In this document: positions 45,256 to 54,642 of the stretch, in pieces
Layout of the letters: each line of letters opens with the position of its first letter
Position numbering within the stretch: position 1 is the stretch's first letter
Assembly: GCA_000434555.1 (NCBI GenBank)
Contig: FR880110.1
Span: 95,284-159,283 of the forward strand
Reading direction: 5' to 3'
From: Clostridium sp. CAG:524
Lineage (GTDB): Bacteria > Bacillota_I > Bacilli_A > RF39 > UBA660
DNA: 64,000 nucleotides
Translations under genes and position numbers: made by a program
The notes under the pieces: model-generated
Seen by the model: the letters and a program-made list of their open reading frames with translations, nothing else
Databases searched by the model: none
What the model was told of the DNA's origin: nothing

Positions 45256-45987
45256 ATGGTTAAAAAAGAATATTCAACGAAAGAGATTTTGTTAGGACTA
45301 AGGGAAGAGAGTAAAAGGGTAAAGAGTGAACTTGATAAGGCAACATCTATGCTTATTTATGATAAAAGCACATATAAAATTGAATCTTTAATTGATAGAG
45401 AAAACAGATTATATTTTAATGCTGTGTTAAATAGTAAAGATATTTCATATTTAAAAGCATTAAGACAAATTCTTAAAGGAAAATGTTCTGTTTCAACTGA
45501 AGTGGGTAAGTATAAAGGTGAGTATGAACTACTATGGCCAGATGGATTTCCAGTACGTATTGATGAACGTAAGAAAGAAGAATTTACAAAAGTATTAGAT
45601 ACTTTACTTAGAAGTACAAGTGAAAGAATGTTTGAAGATACTAGTCAGTATAGACTAAATAGAATATCATACTTACCATTAACTATAAGTATAGATAGTG
45701 CAGTTAATAATGTATTTCCATATAAATGTGTTTATGATGGTAATAGAGATATAATATTATTTAGTTCTCTTTATGAAGATATAAATTCAAGATTAATAAA
45801 AAGAATATTAGATGCAAATTATAAAAGTGAAATATTAAGTGATAAAGCAAGAAAAATAATTGAAGAAAGTGATATTGCAAAGAAAGATGTATCAATAGTT
45901 GATTTTAGTGAAAGTAGAAAAGATAGTGAATTTATAATAACTGAATATCCAAATAGTGTATCACTTACATTTAAAAAGAAAAAATGA
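45256..45987 (+). CDS. Hypothetical protein (243 aa)
   Basis: AAGGAG RBS. Divergent from 44517-45155. No motif recognised. Confidence 0.55.
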   Translation: MVKKEYSTKEILLGLREESKRVKSELDKATSMLIYDKSTYKIESLIDRENRLYFNAVLNSKDISYLKALRQILKGKCSVSTEVGKYKGEYELLWPDGFPVRIDERKKEEFTKVLDTLLRSTSERMFEDTSQYRLNRISYLPLTISIDSAVNNVFPYKCVYDGNRDIILFSSLYEDINSRLIKRILDANYKSEILSDKARKIIEESDIAKKDVSIVDFSESRKDSEFIITEYPNSVSLTFKKKK

Positions 45988-45988
45988 T

Positions 45989-46537
45989 ATGAAATATTTA
46001 AAAGTAATATTTGATGATAAATCAAGATATAATTATCAATATAAAATAGATGAAGTTAATATAGCTAATAATTTTAATAAAGATGCTAAAAATCCTAAAG
46101 ATATGGGTGGATTCAATTTTAGTAATGAAGAAAATATATTAAGATGGTTACATAATGGAAACTATATTTATGATGTAATTATACCAAATGATACTACAGT
46201 TATAGGTATAAAAGAGTGTGCTACTCCTGGAGGAGTATTTAGATCAAATAAAATAATTGTTACAAATAAAAGAAAAGTTACCGATGATATGGCTCTTGAA
46301 TATTATAAGAAAGCAAAAATACCAGAAAGTGCTTTTCCAAAAGCACTATGTGCTGTATCACTTATGAACTATAAGAATACTGCTCTTAATATATTAAAAG
46401 ATAAAGTTAATAAAGACAATATAGATTTCTATATAGAAGAATGGAATGACTTCATGAATAAAAAGGATAGAAATAATTCTAATGATACAGTTATCTTAAT
46501 AAATAATGAATTACACAAAATAAAGGAACTAGAATAA
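45989..46537 (+). CDS. Hypothetical protein (182 aa)
   Basis: ATG 45989 lies 1 nt after the stop of the preceding ORF; the track start 45956 overlaps that ORF. No motif recognised. Confidence 0.5.
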   Translation: MKYLKVIFDDKSRYNYQYKIDEVNIANNFNKDAKNPKDMGGFNFSNEENILRWLHNGNYIYDVIIPNDTTVIGIKECATPGGVFRSNKIIVTNKRKVTDDMALEYYKKAKIPESAFPKALCAVSLMNYKNTALNILKDKVNKDNIDFYIEEWNDFMNKKDRNNSNDTVILINNELHKIKELE

Positions 46538-46552
46538 ATAAAACTAGTTCTT

Positions 46553-46999
46553 TTAATATTCTTGGATTAATTTATCAATTTCTTCTTTTGAAATAATACT
46601 ATTATCATAAGATATATTTATTTTAATATTCCATAAATCAATATGATAATTTGTCTTAACTGATATAATTCCATCTTTTTCATATAAGTCTTCAATAAAT
46701 CCCATTAAACAATATTCACAACATGCATCTTTAATAGTTGCTTCATATTTAGTTACATTATCTTTATATTTATTGAATCCAAGTAGAGAAGGTATTTCTT
46801 TATTAATATTATATATATCTAAAAATAAGTATATTTCTTTTAAAATAATTTTATCATCTATAATTTTATCATCGTAATTTATATTTACTTCAAGATAATT
46901 ATCATTATTAATTTTAACATCATTAATACCTTTTAAACTTATTAAATAATCTTTAAGTTCATTATGATATGGTTTATCAATAATAAGTAATAATTTCAT
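46553..46999 (-). CDS. Hypothetical 148-aa protein, translationally coupled to the ThyX-like gene
   Basis: Starts 2 nt after the upstream stop. The second half has a weak ferredoxin/HMA-like pattern with CCEYC. Confidence 0.5.
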   Translation of the reverse strand: MKLLLIIDKPYHNELKDYLISLKGINDVKINNDNYLEVNINYDDKIIDDKIILKEIYLFLDIYNINKEIPSLLGFNKYKDNVTKYEATIKDACCEYCLMGFIEDLYEKDGIISVKTNYHIDLWNIKINISYDNSIISKEEIDKLIQEY

Positions 47000-47001
47000 A
47001 A

Positions 47002-48210
47002 TTATATCTTTCTTGTAAGAGTAATTCCTTCTTTAAATCCACATGGTTTAGAACACTTATAGTTAGGGAATGTACATCTTGCTCCATGAGTATATTTTTC
47101 TATATCATCATATAATGGACTTTCACTTTCTTTTAAGGCATCTCTATATTTAAGTAATGTATCTCTTGTTTGTCTCATTATCTCAAGTTGAGCAGCAGTA
47201 CATAATCTTTCTTGACACTTTAATATGAAATTTTCATAGTTACCATTTTCATTTACAAGTACAAGTTCACCATTAGGAATAACATCTTTAACTGATTCAA
47301 TATCGTGTAGCCATTCATTTACAAGTACAGGATCGTTTTCTAAAATTGGTGGAACAAAATATTCTTTTTCGTCTGTTCTTTCTATTTTATAATCAAGTGT
47401 TCTATGTCTTTGTGCTTGAGCAAGTCCAGCAAATGACATTTTATAATTAGTAGAATATACATCTCCAAAATAATCTTTTTTCTTATCAAGATTACTTCCA
47501 AATAGTGAGAAACTTCTATTTTTATCATTAGTCATAAGACCAGGTATTAATATATTAAGCTTGTCTAGTTCACTTAAGAATCCCTCCATGGAACTAGATA
47601 AATCTGATTTGAATTTGTCTTTAGATTCGCCATTTTCTTTAATATATTTTTCCATCCATGATGCGATATAATTTATTTGTCTAAGTGAAGTAGTGTAGAT
47701 AAGAGTAGTAGGCATAAATACACTTACTAAGCTTCTAGCATTTTCTTGAGCAAGTGTTTGAATTTTAAAATCATTAAACACATTTCCATATTCATTTTTA
47801 ATTTTTATTTTAAATATTTCTACCCATTTATTATAAAGTTCTTCTTCTTTTTCAGTAATAATAGAGCCTTCAGTTCTAATAACTGGTGTATATCTACCTG
47901 ATTTTTCACTTGTTGTATATTCATGTTCATTATTAAGAGTCATTGCTAAAATTTTAGGTACTCCTTGTAAATTAAGGCTTAAATTAACATGACCAAACAC
48001 ACTATGATGACCATCATTAAGAGTCCTATTGGCTCTTTTAATAGTCTTTTTTTCATCTTCGTGCATTAAATGATCAAATCCTTCTTCGTCATAACAAACT
48101 CCAGCAATTTTACCTGATAATTTAATTGCTTCATCCTTATTAAAAGTACCATCTTCATTTAAATATTGACAATTAGGTAAAATGTCAATTTTGATATTTG
48201 TTTTTTTCAT
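47002..48210 (-). CDS. ThyX (Thy1-domain)-like protein, atypical 402-aa tandem form
   Basis: N-terminal module HHSVFGHVNLSL...NNEHEYTTSEKSGRYT (ThyX-like, but RHR is replaced by NEH). Second module FAGLAQAQRHRTLDYKIER...EYFVPP. C-terminal AAQLEIMRQ resembles the AQWEIR motif. GGAGG RBS. Confidence 0.55.
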   Translation of the reverse strand: MKKTNIKIDILPNCQYLNEDGTFNKDEAIKLSGKIAGVCYDEEGFDHLMHEDEKKTIKRANRTLNDGHHSVFGHVNLSLNLQGVPKILAMTLNNEHEYTTSEKSGRYTPVIRTEGSIITEKEEELYNKWVEIFKIKIKNEYGNVFNDFKIQTLAQENARSLVSVFMPTTLIYTTSLRQINYIASWMEKYIKENGESKDKFKSDLSSSMEGFLSELDKLNILIPGLMTNDKNRSFSLFGSNLDKKKDYFGDVYSTNYKMSFAGLAQAQRHRTLDYKIERTDEKEYFVPPILENDPVLVNEWLHDIESVKDVIPNGELVLVNENGNYENFILKCQERLCTAAQLEIMRQTRDTLLKYRDALKESESPLYDDIEKYTHGARCTFPNYKCSKPCGFKEGITLTRKI

Positions 48211-48321
48211 ATATAATCCTCCTTAAAAAGTTTCCTCATTTTATTCTTTTCTATGAAAATTATAGCAAAAAAATATATATACTTCAATCTAAAAATTATT
48301 TTCAAAAACATTGATTTTATT

Positions 48322-48531
48322 TTAAAAAAACATATTTATATATTCTTCATGAACTATTTTAACAATACCAACATATTCAAAATTATAATTTACTATTAAA
48401 AGTTTTTCATTTAAATTAGAAGTAGAAAAGTAATGTTTAACATGTAATTTATAGTCTTTTTGGCCATCTATTATTGCACTCGTAATTTTATCATTTTTAG
48501 TCCATATTTGATGATAAAATTCTATTTCCAA
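48322..48531 (-). CDS. Hypothetical 69-aa ORF (TTG start), possibly the 3' part of a frameshifted gene
   Basis: Its start overlaps the stop of the 49-codon ORF 48522-48671 by 10 nt. Confidence 0.4.
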   Translation of the reverse strand: MEIEFYHQIWTKNDKITSAIIDGQKDYKLHVKHYFSTSNLNEKLLIVNYNFEYVGIVKIVHEEYINMFF

Positions 48532-48671
48532 TACTTTTTTATTATCTCATTTTCTTTGATAGGTATAATGTAAAAATATGTTTTATGCCTCTTTTTATTA
48601 ATTCTTTCAAAAATATCATCTAATTCTTTTAATTCTTCACTTATTACAAGTTCTTTAGTTTCTATTGTCAT
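48522..48671 (-). CDS. Hypothetical 49-aa ORF, possibly the 5' part of a frameshifted gene
   Basis: MTIETKELVISEELKELDDIFERINKKRHKTYFYIIPIKENEIIKKYWK. Not in the ORF track. It ends just after an A_AAA_AAG heptamer. Confidence 0.4.
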   Translation of the reverse strand: MTIETKELVISEELKELDDIFERINKKRHKTYFYIIPIKENEIIKKYWK

Positions 48672-48768
48672 AACTCATCACTCATCCTTTCTTAAATAAC
48701 AAAAAAACTAACTATTTCTAGTTAGTATTTATTACTTAAACTCGAAAAGTTCGAGTTTCCTGTCAATC

Positions 48769-48855
48769 TGGTGCAAGAAAAGGGAATCGAACCCTCAAGG
48801 TATTACTACCGGCAGATTTTGAGTCTGCTGCGTCTACCAATTCCGCCACTCTTGC
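48769..48855 (-). tRNA. tRNA-Leu, anticodon CAA
   Basis: Reverse complement GCAAGAGTGGCGGAATTGGTAGACGCAGCAGACTCAAAATCTGC CGGTAGTAATACCTTG AGGGTTCGATTCCCTTTTCTTGCACCA. Anticodon stem GCAGA/TCTGC with loop CT-CAA-AA, a long variable arm, and an encoded CCA. Confidence 0.85.
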
Positions 48856-48944
48856 ATTACTCATCAATTATAACATAAAATATATTAAATAGCATAGTAT
48901 TTATTATTAAAATTATGTTATAATCAAATTATGGTAGGAGGAAA

Positions 48945-49754
48945 ATGATGAATAATAACCCAAATAACATAAATCAAATGAATCAAAATAATGGTACAGT
49001 AAATCAAAATGTTAATAATATAAATAATGCAGTACAATCAGGAATGCAAATGGGGGCAGTGAACCAAGTACACACACAAACGGGAACGCAACCTATGCAA
49101 GGACAAAATGTAATGCCTAATCAAAATATAGGTCAAATGCAAAATCCAAGTATGACAGGGGTCCCACCACAAAATGTTTTAAATTCACAATCTCAAAAGG
49201 TAGTTCAAATGCAAAATACGAGTCAGCAAAACCAACAAAATATTCCTCAAGGTCAAACTACTAATAGCCAACAAGGACAACAAAATAATATAGAAATGGT
49301 AGACTTAAGTAAAAAAACTGCTTCAGAAGACTTTAGTGATAAAACAATTAGCTTTATTGAAAAAGTAGTAAATACAAAAGATTTTACAAACACATTTACT
49401 AAAGAAGAGGTAGTACCATTTAGAATACTTGCGACAATGTGTTATGTACCATTTTTATTCTTATTACCATTACTTACTGGTAAATATAAAAAATCAAGAT
49501 TCTTATATTTTCATATAAATCAAGGATTAAATATTACTCTTGCATGGTTCATAGTGTTCTTTTTTAATAAAGTGTTTAGATCATTGTTTACAACAACATA
49601 TAGATACAGTAGTACAACACCTGGATGGGTAGATTTTATAAGTTATGTGCTTTATTGTATAATTATTACTATAACAGTAGTTGGTATGGTAAATACATTT
49701 AATGGTAAAAGTAAAAATACAAGTATAGTAGGTGGATTTAGATTTTTGAAATAG
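48945..49754 (+). CDS. Membrane protein with N/Q-rich N-terminal half and multi-TM C-terminal domain
   Basis: GGAGG RBS. About 110 aa of N/Q/M/G low complexity are followed by 3-4 TM segments (ILATMCYVPFLFLLPLL..., LNITLAWFIVFFF, VLYCIIITITVVGMV). Confidence 0.65.
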   Translation: MMNNNPNNINQMNQNNGTVNQNVNNINNAVQSGMQMGAVNQVHTQTGTQPMQGQNVMPNQNIGQMQNPSMTGVPPQNVLNSQSQKVVQMQNTSQQNQQNIPQGQTTNSQQGQQNNIEMVDLSKKTASEDFSDKTISFIEKVVNTKDFTNTFTKEEVVPFRILATMCYVPFLFLLPLLTGKYKKSRFLYFHINQGLNITLAWFIVFFFNKVFRSLFTTTYRYSSTTPGWVDFISYVLYCIIITITVVGMVNTFNGKSKNTSIVGGFRFLK

Positions 49755-49842
49755 TGTTCTTCACTATTTTTTTTGTAAATAAATTGTCAGTTATGTTTAA
49801 ATTTTATCTATGAAATGCTAAACTATAATAGGAGAGTGATTT

Positions 49843-51036
49843 ATGAGAAATGTAGGAACAATAGTAAGAGGTATTAGAACACCTATCATAAAAGAAGGAT
49901 GTGACCTTGCATCAATAGTTGTAGATTCAGTTATTAAAGCAAGTGAAACTGAAAACTTTGAATTTGAAGATAGAGATGTTATCGCTATCACTGAAGCAGT
50001 AGTTGGAATAAGTGAAGGAAACTTCGCAACACTAGACCAAATATCAAAAGATATTAAAAATAAACTTAATAATAGTGAACATATAGGAGTAGTATTTCCA
50101 ATATTAAGTCGTAATAGGTTTGCAGTTCTTTTATCATCAATAGCGAAAAGTACTAAAAAGATAACATTATTATCAAGTTATCCAAGTGATGAAGTAGGTA
50201 ATGATATTTTATATAAAGAAGATTTAGTAAAATATAATATTAATCCATCAAGAGATTTAATTTCTGAAGAAGAATACAAAGATAAATTTATTAGATTTAA
50301 ACATATGTTTACAGGTGTTAATATGTATGAAGTGTATAGAGATTTAGTACTTAATGAGGGCTGTGAATTTGAAATGGTATTTTCAAATAATCCAGAAGAT
50401 ATTCTTAATTATACTAAAGATGTAATCGTAAGTGATATTCATACTAGATTTGAAACTAAAAAGAGAATTCTTGATAAAGATAGTAATGCTCATGTAATAA
50501 TGTTAAGTGAAATACTAAATGAAAGTGTTGATGGAAGTGGATACTCACCATATGGACTTTTAGGTAGCAATCGTTCAACTGAAGAAAGAGTTAAATTATT
50601 TCCAAGAACAGGTGATAAGCTTGTATTAAGAGTTCAAGAACTTATGAAAGAAAGAACTGGTAAAAATATTGAAGTTATGGTATATGGAGATGGAGCATTT
50701 AAAGATCCAGTTGGTAAAATATGGGAACTTGCTGATCCTGTAGTTAGTCCTGCTTATACTAAAGGATTAGAAGGAAGTCCTAATGAAATAAAACTAAAAT
50801 ACTTTAGTGAAAATAAATTCAAAGACTTACAAGGCGAAGAATTAAATAATGCGATGAAAAAAGCAATAAGGGAAAAAGATAAAGAATTAAAAGGAACTAT
50901 GGCATCTCAAGGTACTACACCAAGACGCTACACTGACCTACTTGGAAGCCTTTGCGATTTAACAAGCGGAAGCGGAGACAAAGGAACACCAGTAGTATTA
51001 ATTCAAAGATACTTTACAAATTATAGTAATGACTAA
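49843..51036 (+). CDS. CofE-like (F420-0:gamma-glutamyl ligase family) protein
   Basis: N-terminal pattern [12 protein letters not shown]...[17 protein letters not shown] and C-terminal [14 protein letters not shown] resemble the CofE/PF01996 family. Recalled from memory, not searched. Confidence 0.5.
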   Translation: MRNVGTIVRGIRTPIIKEGCDLASIVVDSVIKASETENFEFEDRDVIAITEAVVGISEGNFATLDQISKDIKNKLNNSEHIGVVFPILSRNRFAVLLSSIAKSTKKITLLSSYPSDEVGNDILYKEDLVKYNINPSRDLISEEEYKDKFIRFKHMFTGVNMYEVYRDLVLNEGCEFEMVFSNNPEDILNYTKDVIVSDIHTRFETKKRILDKDSNAHVIMLSEILNESVDGSGYSPYGLLGSNRSTEERVKLFPRTGDKLVLRVQELMKERTGKNIEVMVYGDGAFKDPVGKIWELADPVVSPAYTKGLEGSPNEIKLKYFSENKFKDLQGEELNNAMKKAIREKDKELKGTMASQGTTPRRYTDLLGSLCDLTSGSGDKGTPVVLIQRYFTNYSND

Positions 51037-51093
51037 AAAGCACTTAAAAAAGTGTTTTTTCTTTGATATAATACTTTAGAAGGGAAATATATC

Positions 51094-51843
51094 ATGAAAA
51101 TAAATAAATTCAAAAAAGTAGGTAAGAATAAATATAAGATAATATTTGATAATACAGATTTAACATTATATGAAGATGTAATACTTAAATATGATTTATT
51201 AATTAAAAAAGAAGTAGATTTAGATCTAATAGATAAAATTATTGAAGAAAATAAGTATGAAGATGCATTTGAAACATCAGTAAGCTATATAGAAATAAAA
51301 ATGAGAAATAGAAAAGAAATAATAGATTACTTACATAAGAAAGAATTTAATGAAAAACATATCAATTATGCATTAGATAAACTTGATAAACTAAATCTTC
51401 TTAATGATAAAAAATATATTGAAGCATTTATTAATGATAAAGTTAATCTTACACTAGATGGACCATTTAAAATAAAGAAAGCATTATTAGATTTTGATCT
51501 TAATGAAAATGATATAGATAATTATTTAAATACTTTTGATAGTGATATATGGCAAGAAAAACTAAATAAAATTATAAATAAAAAGAAATCTCTTATGAAA
51601 AATAAGAGTTATACAATGTTTATTAATAAATTGAAACTAGATTTATATAATATGGGATATGATAAATATATGATAGATAATAGTCTCATGAATATTGAAT
51701 ATAATTCTAATGCTATTTATAAAGACATAGAAAAATCTATAAAGAAATTTAAAAATGATAGAAATAAAATAATATCTTCATTAATGAGAAAAGGTTATAG
51801 TTATGAAGATATTAATTCTAAACTAAAAGAATATGATAATTAG
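51094..51843 (+). CDS. recX: RecX-like regulatory protein
   Basis: Repeated three-helix modules such as RKEIIDYLHKKEFNEKHINYALDKLDKLNLLNDKKYIEAFINDK and a C-terminal LMRKGYSYEDI. Confidence 0.6.
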   Translation: MKINKFKKVGKNKYKIIFDNTDLTLYEDVILKYDLLIKKEVDLDLIDKIIEENKYEDAFETSVSYIEIKMRNRKEIIDYLHKKEFNEKHINYALDKLDKLNLLNDKKYIEAFINDKVNLTLDGPFKIKKALLDFDLNENDIDNYLNTFDSDIWQEKLNKIINKKKSLMKNKSYTMFINKLKLDLYNMGYDKYMIDNSLMNIEYNSNAIYKDIEKSIKKFKNDRNKIISSLMRKGYSYEDINSKLKEYDN

Positions 51844-51880
51844 ATAATTAAATATAAAAGGAACTACGTAATGTAATTCC

Positions 51881-53326
51881 TTATTTTATACTATTAGCAA
51901 ATTGATTTAATGTAGTGCCTCTACTTACTCTTACACGTGGTAATTTATATTTATTAGCACCTTTTTTAACTCTACCTGAATTAATAGTGAATGCCATTTT
52001 AAATCCTGAATCCTTAAGTGCTTTTATAAAGTCATCACTATAATGACCAAATGGATAAGCAAATATAGTAGGGTTATCTTTAAGTTTATCTTTTGTAGTC
52101 ATTAAATCATTATATATATTTTTATATGATTCACACATGGCTTTACCATCCCATTTACCTTTAGTACAACTTCTTACATGCATACTATCAGTATGAGATT
52201 GCATATCTAAGTAATCTTTATTTAAGTAATTCTTCCATACTACTTTATTAGTAATAACAAATGAAGTAATAGGTACATTATACTTAAGAGTAATAGGGTA
52301 TGCAATTTCATAAAATGATTTAACACCATCATCATCAGTAAGAATAATACTTTTTTCAGGTAAATCTATCTTTTTATCAATATAATCATTTAACTCATCC
52401 CAGGTTACAAAATAATAATTATTATCAACTAGATATTTAATTTGTTTTTCAAAATTAGTTTTAGAAATATAATTATGATTATTAGGCTTTTTTGTTATAT
52501 CTTCACCTTTAGTATCATCATAGAACCAGTGATACATCATAACAGGTATTCCTTTAGTATTTTTCTTTTGAACGTTAATTGTTGTTTCAAGAATAGTTTC
52601 ATTATTACTACTATCATTTACTTTATATGTCACTTTATAAAGACCAACTTTTTTAGTATTAACACTTCCAATAGTAGTAACTTTATCAGTAATATCTCCA
52701 TCATAGTTATCACTTGCAGTAAAATCTTTTAAATTAATATCTTTATTAAGTATTACATAACTATTTACATTTCTATTAAGTTTAATAACAGGTTTTGTCT
52801 TATCTTTAACACTAACTTTTCTTTTAATAATAGTTTCATTATTACTGCTATCTTTTACTTTATATGTTACTTCATAATCTCCAAGTTTAGTATTATCAAT
52901 ATTGTTTTCAATAATAACTTTATCAGTAATATCACCATCATAATTATCAGTTACAGTATATCCAGGTTCCATGTATTCTTCTTTATAATCAATTACTATA
53001 TCATTATCTTTTAAAGTTATAACGGGCTTTTCATCATCAACAACATATACTTTAACTTTCTTTTTAGTATTAATCGCATATTTCTCATGACTTTCAAGTG
53101 TTACTTCATATTCACCAAGTTTACTATAATCAATATTAGAATCATTAGATAAATCAATATCTTTATTTCTTATTTTACCTTTTAAACTATTAAAGTCATA
53201 TTTACTATTGATTTCTATTTTAATATCATCAATATCAATTCTAGTTATAAATAAATATTTAACTCCAAAAAATAATATAATAATCGTAACAATAGATATA
53301 ATTATATAAATGATTTTCTTTTTCAT
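51881..53326 (-). CDS. Membrane-anchored polysaccharide deacetylase with three Ig-like (DUF5011-type) repeats
   Basis: N-terminal TM helix. Three repeats containing DNYDGDITDKV and GxYxVTYKVxDSSNNE. The C-terminal NodB-like domain has LTDDDG and MQSHTDSMH. Confidence 0.75.
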   Translation of the reverse strand: MKKKIIYIIISIVTIIILFFGVKYLFITRIDIDDIKIEINSKYDFNSLKGKIRNKDIDLSNDSNIDYSKLGEYEVTLESHEKYAINTKKKVKVYVVDDEKPVITLKDNDIVIDYKEEYMEPGYTVTDNYDGDITDKVIIENNIDNTKLGDYEVTYKVKDSSNNETIIKRKVSVKDKTKPVIKLNRNVNSYVILNKDINLKDFTASDNYDGDITDKVTTIGSVNTKKVGLYKVTYKVNDSSNNETILETTINVQKKNTKGIPVMMYHWFYDDTKGEDITKKPNNHNYISKTNFEKQIKYLVDNNYYFVTWDELNDYIDKKIDLPEKSIILTDDDGVKSFYEIAYPITLKYNVPITSFVITNKVVWKNYLNKDYLDMQSHTDSMHVRSCTKGKWDGKAMCESYKNIYNDLMTTKDKLKDNPTIFAYPFGHYSDDFIKALKDSGFKMAFTINSGRVKKGANKYKLPRVRVSRGTTLNQFANSIK

Positions 53327-53399
53327 ATATCTTCACCATGATAATTTTATCACAAAATGTATATAAAAAAACATTGAACTTTAAAATTCAATGTTTACT

Positions 53400-54389
53400 T
53401 TACTTATTACTACTAGAATTTGAAGCACTTTGTGTTTGTCTATTTACTAGTGTTTCAAAGTCCTTATTTAAGTCAGTATCTAATATTTTCATTTCATTTT
53501 TTTCTCTTAATGCTTTAAGTGCTTTAATAGAAAATCCTGATTCTTTAGCAATTTCACTACCAATAGTAGTTTTAATCTTTTCAGTAAGTTCATCATTTAA
53601 TTCTGGTTTTTTATCTTGAGATTTTCTATATAAAATATGATAACCATTACTTGATTTAACTGGTGAAGTAGAGTAACTACCATCTTTTAAATTTAAAAGA
53701 GCACTAAATACTTCACTTGGAACACTATCAGTATTAACTTTTCCTAAACTTCCACCATTAGAACTTGAGTTTTCATCTTTAGAATATTCTTTAGCAAGTT
53801 TAGCAAAATCTTCTCCATCTTTTAATTTAGAAATGATTTCTTTTGCTTTATCGTATGCTTTTTGTTCTGCTTTTTTCTTCTCATCATCAGTTGCATCTTT
53901 CTTAGTATCAACTGTTATTAATATTTGACTTGCTTCAATATCACCATAAGTTTCATTTTCATAATATTCATTTATTTGTTTTTCACTTACAGTTTCTTTA
54001 GCATAATCTTTTACCCATAAATTTCTTTTATAAGTAAGAGAAAGATAATCTCTAAATGCACTTTCATTTGCTAGACCATAATAATAATTTAAATATAAAT
54101 CAAAGTCAGCATTCATATCTTTAGCAGTCTTCTTTGTAGTTTTAACAGTCTGATTTACATAAGCCTTTTCATCGTTATCAGTTTCATATAGTTTTTCAAG
54201 TAAATGCATATCAATAAGATTCATTAATTTTTCAGCACCATATGTTTCTTTTAGTTCTTGATATAATTCATCACTACTGATTCCACCTTCCTTAAAAGTT
54301 ACTAAAGCATTTTCTCCATTTGTAAGTTTTACATTTTTACATCCAGCAAGTAAGAATAAACTTAAAAGTAATAAAAATATTTTTTTCAT
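53400..54389 (-). CDS. prsA: Foldase lipoprotein PrsA (parvulin PPIase)
   Basis: Lipobox LLAGC and a parvulin core (EASQILI...DGGSLG...SSNGYHILY). Confidence 0.8.
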   Translation of the reverse strand: MKKIFLLLLSLFLLAGCKNVKLTNGENALVTFKEGGISSDELYQELKETYGAEKLMNLIDMHLLEKLYETDNDEKAYVNQTVKTTKKTAKDMNADFDLYLNYYYGLANESAFRDYLSLTYKRNLWVKDYAKETVSEKQINEYYENETYGDIEASQILITVDTKKDATDDEKKKAEQKAYDKAKEIISKLKDGEDFAKLAKEYSKDENSSSNGGSLGKVNTDSVPSEVFSALLNLKDGSYSTSPVKSSNGYHILYRKSQDKKPELNDELTEKIKTTIGSEIAKESGFSIKALKALREKNEMKILDTDLNKDFETLVNRQTQSASNSSSNK

Positions 54390-54455
54390 TTACTTAACCT
54401 CCTAACTCTTAATATAATAGCAAAATTACAAGTAAAATACAAGTAATTATCATAC

Positions 54456-54482
54456 ACAAAAAATAGAGAATATCATACTATA
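54456..54482 (+). promoter_or_regulatory. Possible sigma-K-type sporulation promoter
   Basis: AC (54456-54457), 16-nt spacer, CATACTATA (54474-54482). This fits AC-N16/17-CATAnnnTA and lies ~30 nt upstream of the tiny-peptide genes. Confidence 0.3.
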
Positions 54483-54513
54483 AGAGTGTAAAGATAAAAA
54501 GGAGGAATGTTTT

Positions 54514-54624
54514 ATGAATACAGGATGTGGATGTGGATGCGGTAAAGGTAATGGTATTTCAGGAGCAGCATTTGCCTTAGTTCTATTTATATTATTAGTA
54601 ATCATACTAGGTGCTTTTATCTAG
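54514..54624 (+). CDS. YjcZ-like tiny sporulation/TM peptide (36 aa)
   Basis: AAGGAGG RBS. MNTGCGCGCGKGNGISGAAFALVLFILLVIILGAFI has a Gly/Cys-rich head plus an FALxxxLFILLxI tail, typical of the tiny_TM_bacill/YjcZ family. Not in the ORF track. Confidence 0.65.
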   Translation: MNTGCGCGCGKGNGISGAAFALVLFILLVIILGAFI

Positions 54625-54642
54625 TATAAGGAGGTGAATCGT

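Noticed and set aside
48739-48758. The hairpin aaactcgaa-aag-ttcgagttt lies just downstream of tRNA-Leu. I considered it as a terminator.
   Set aside because: The stem is a perfect 9 bp, but neither strand has a convincing following U-run. It is plausibly a processing or terminator structure, but I cannot assign a strand or function with confidence.
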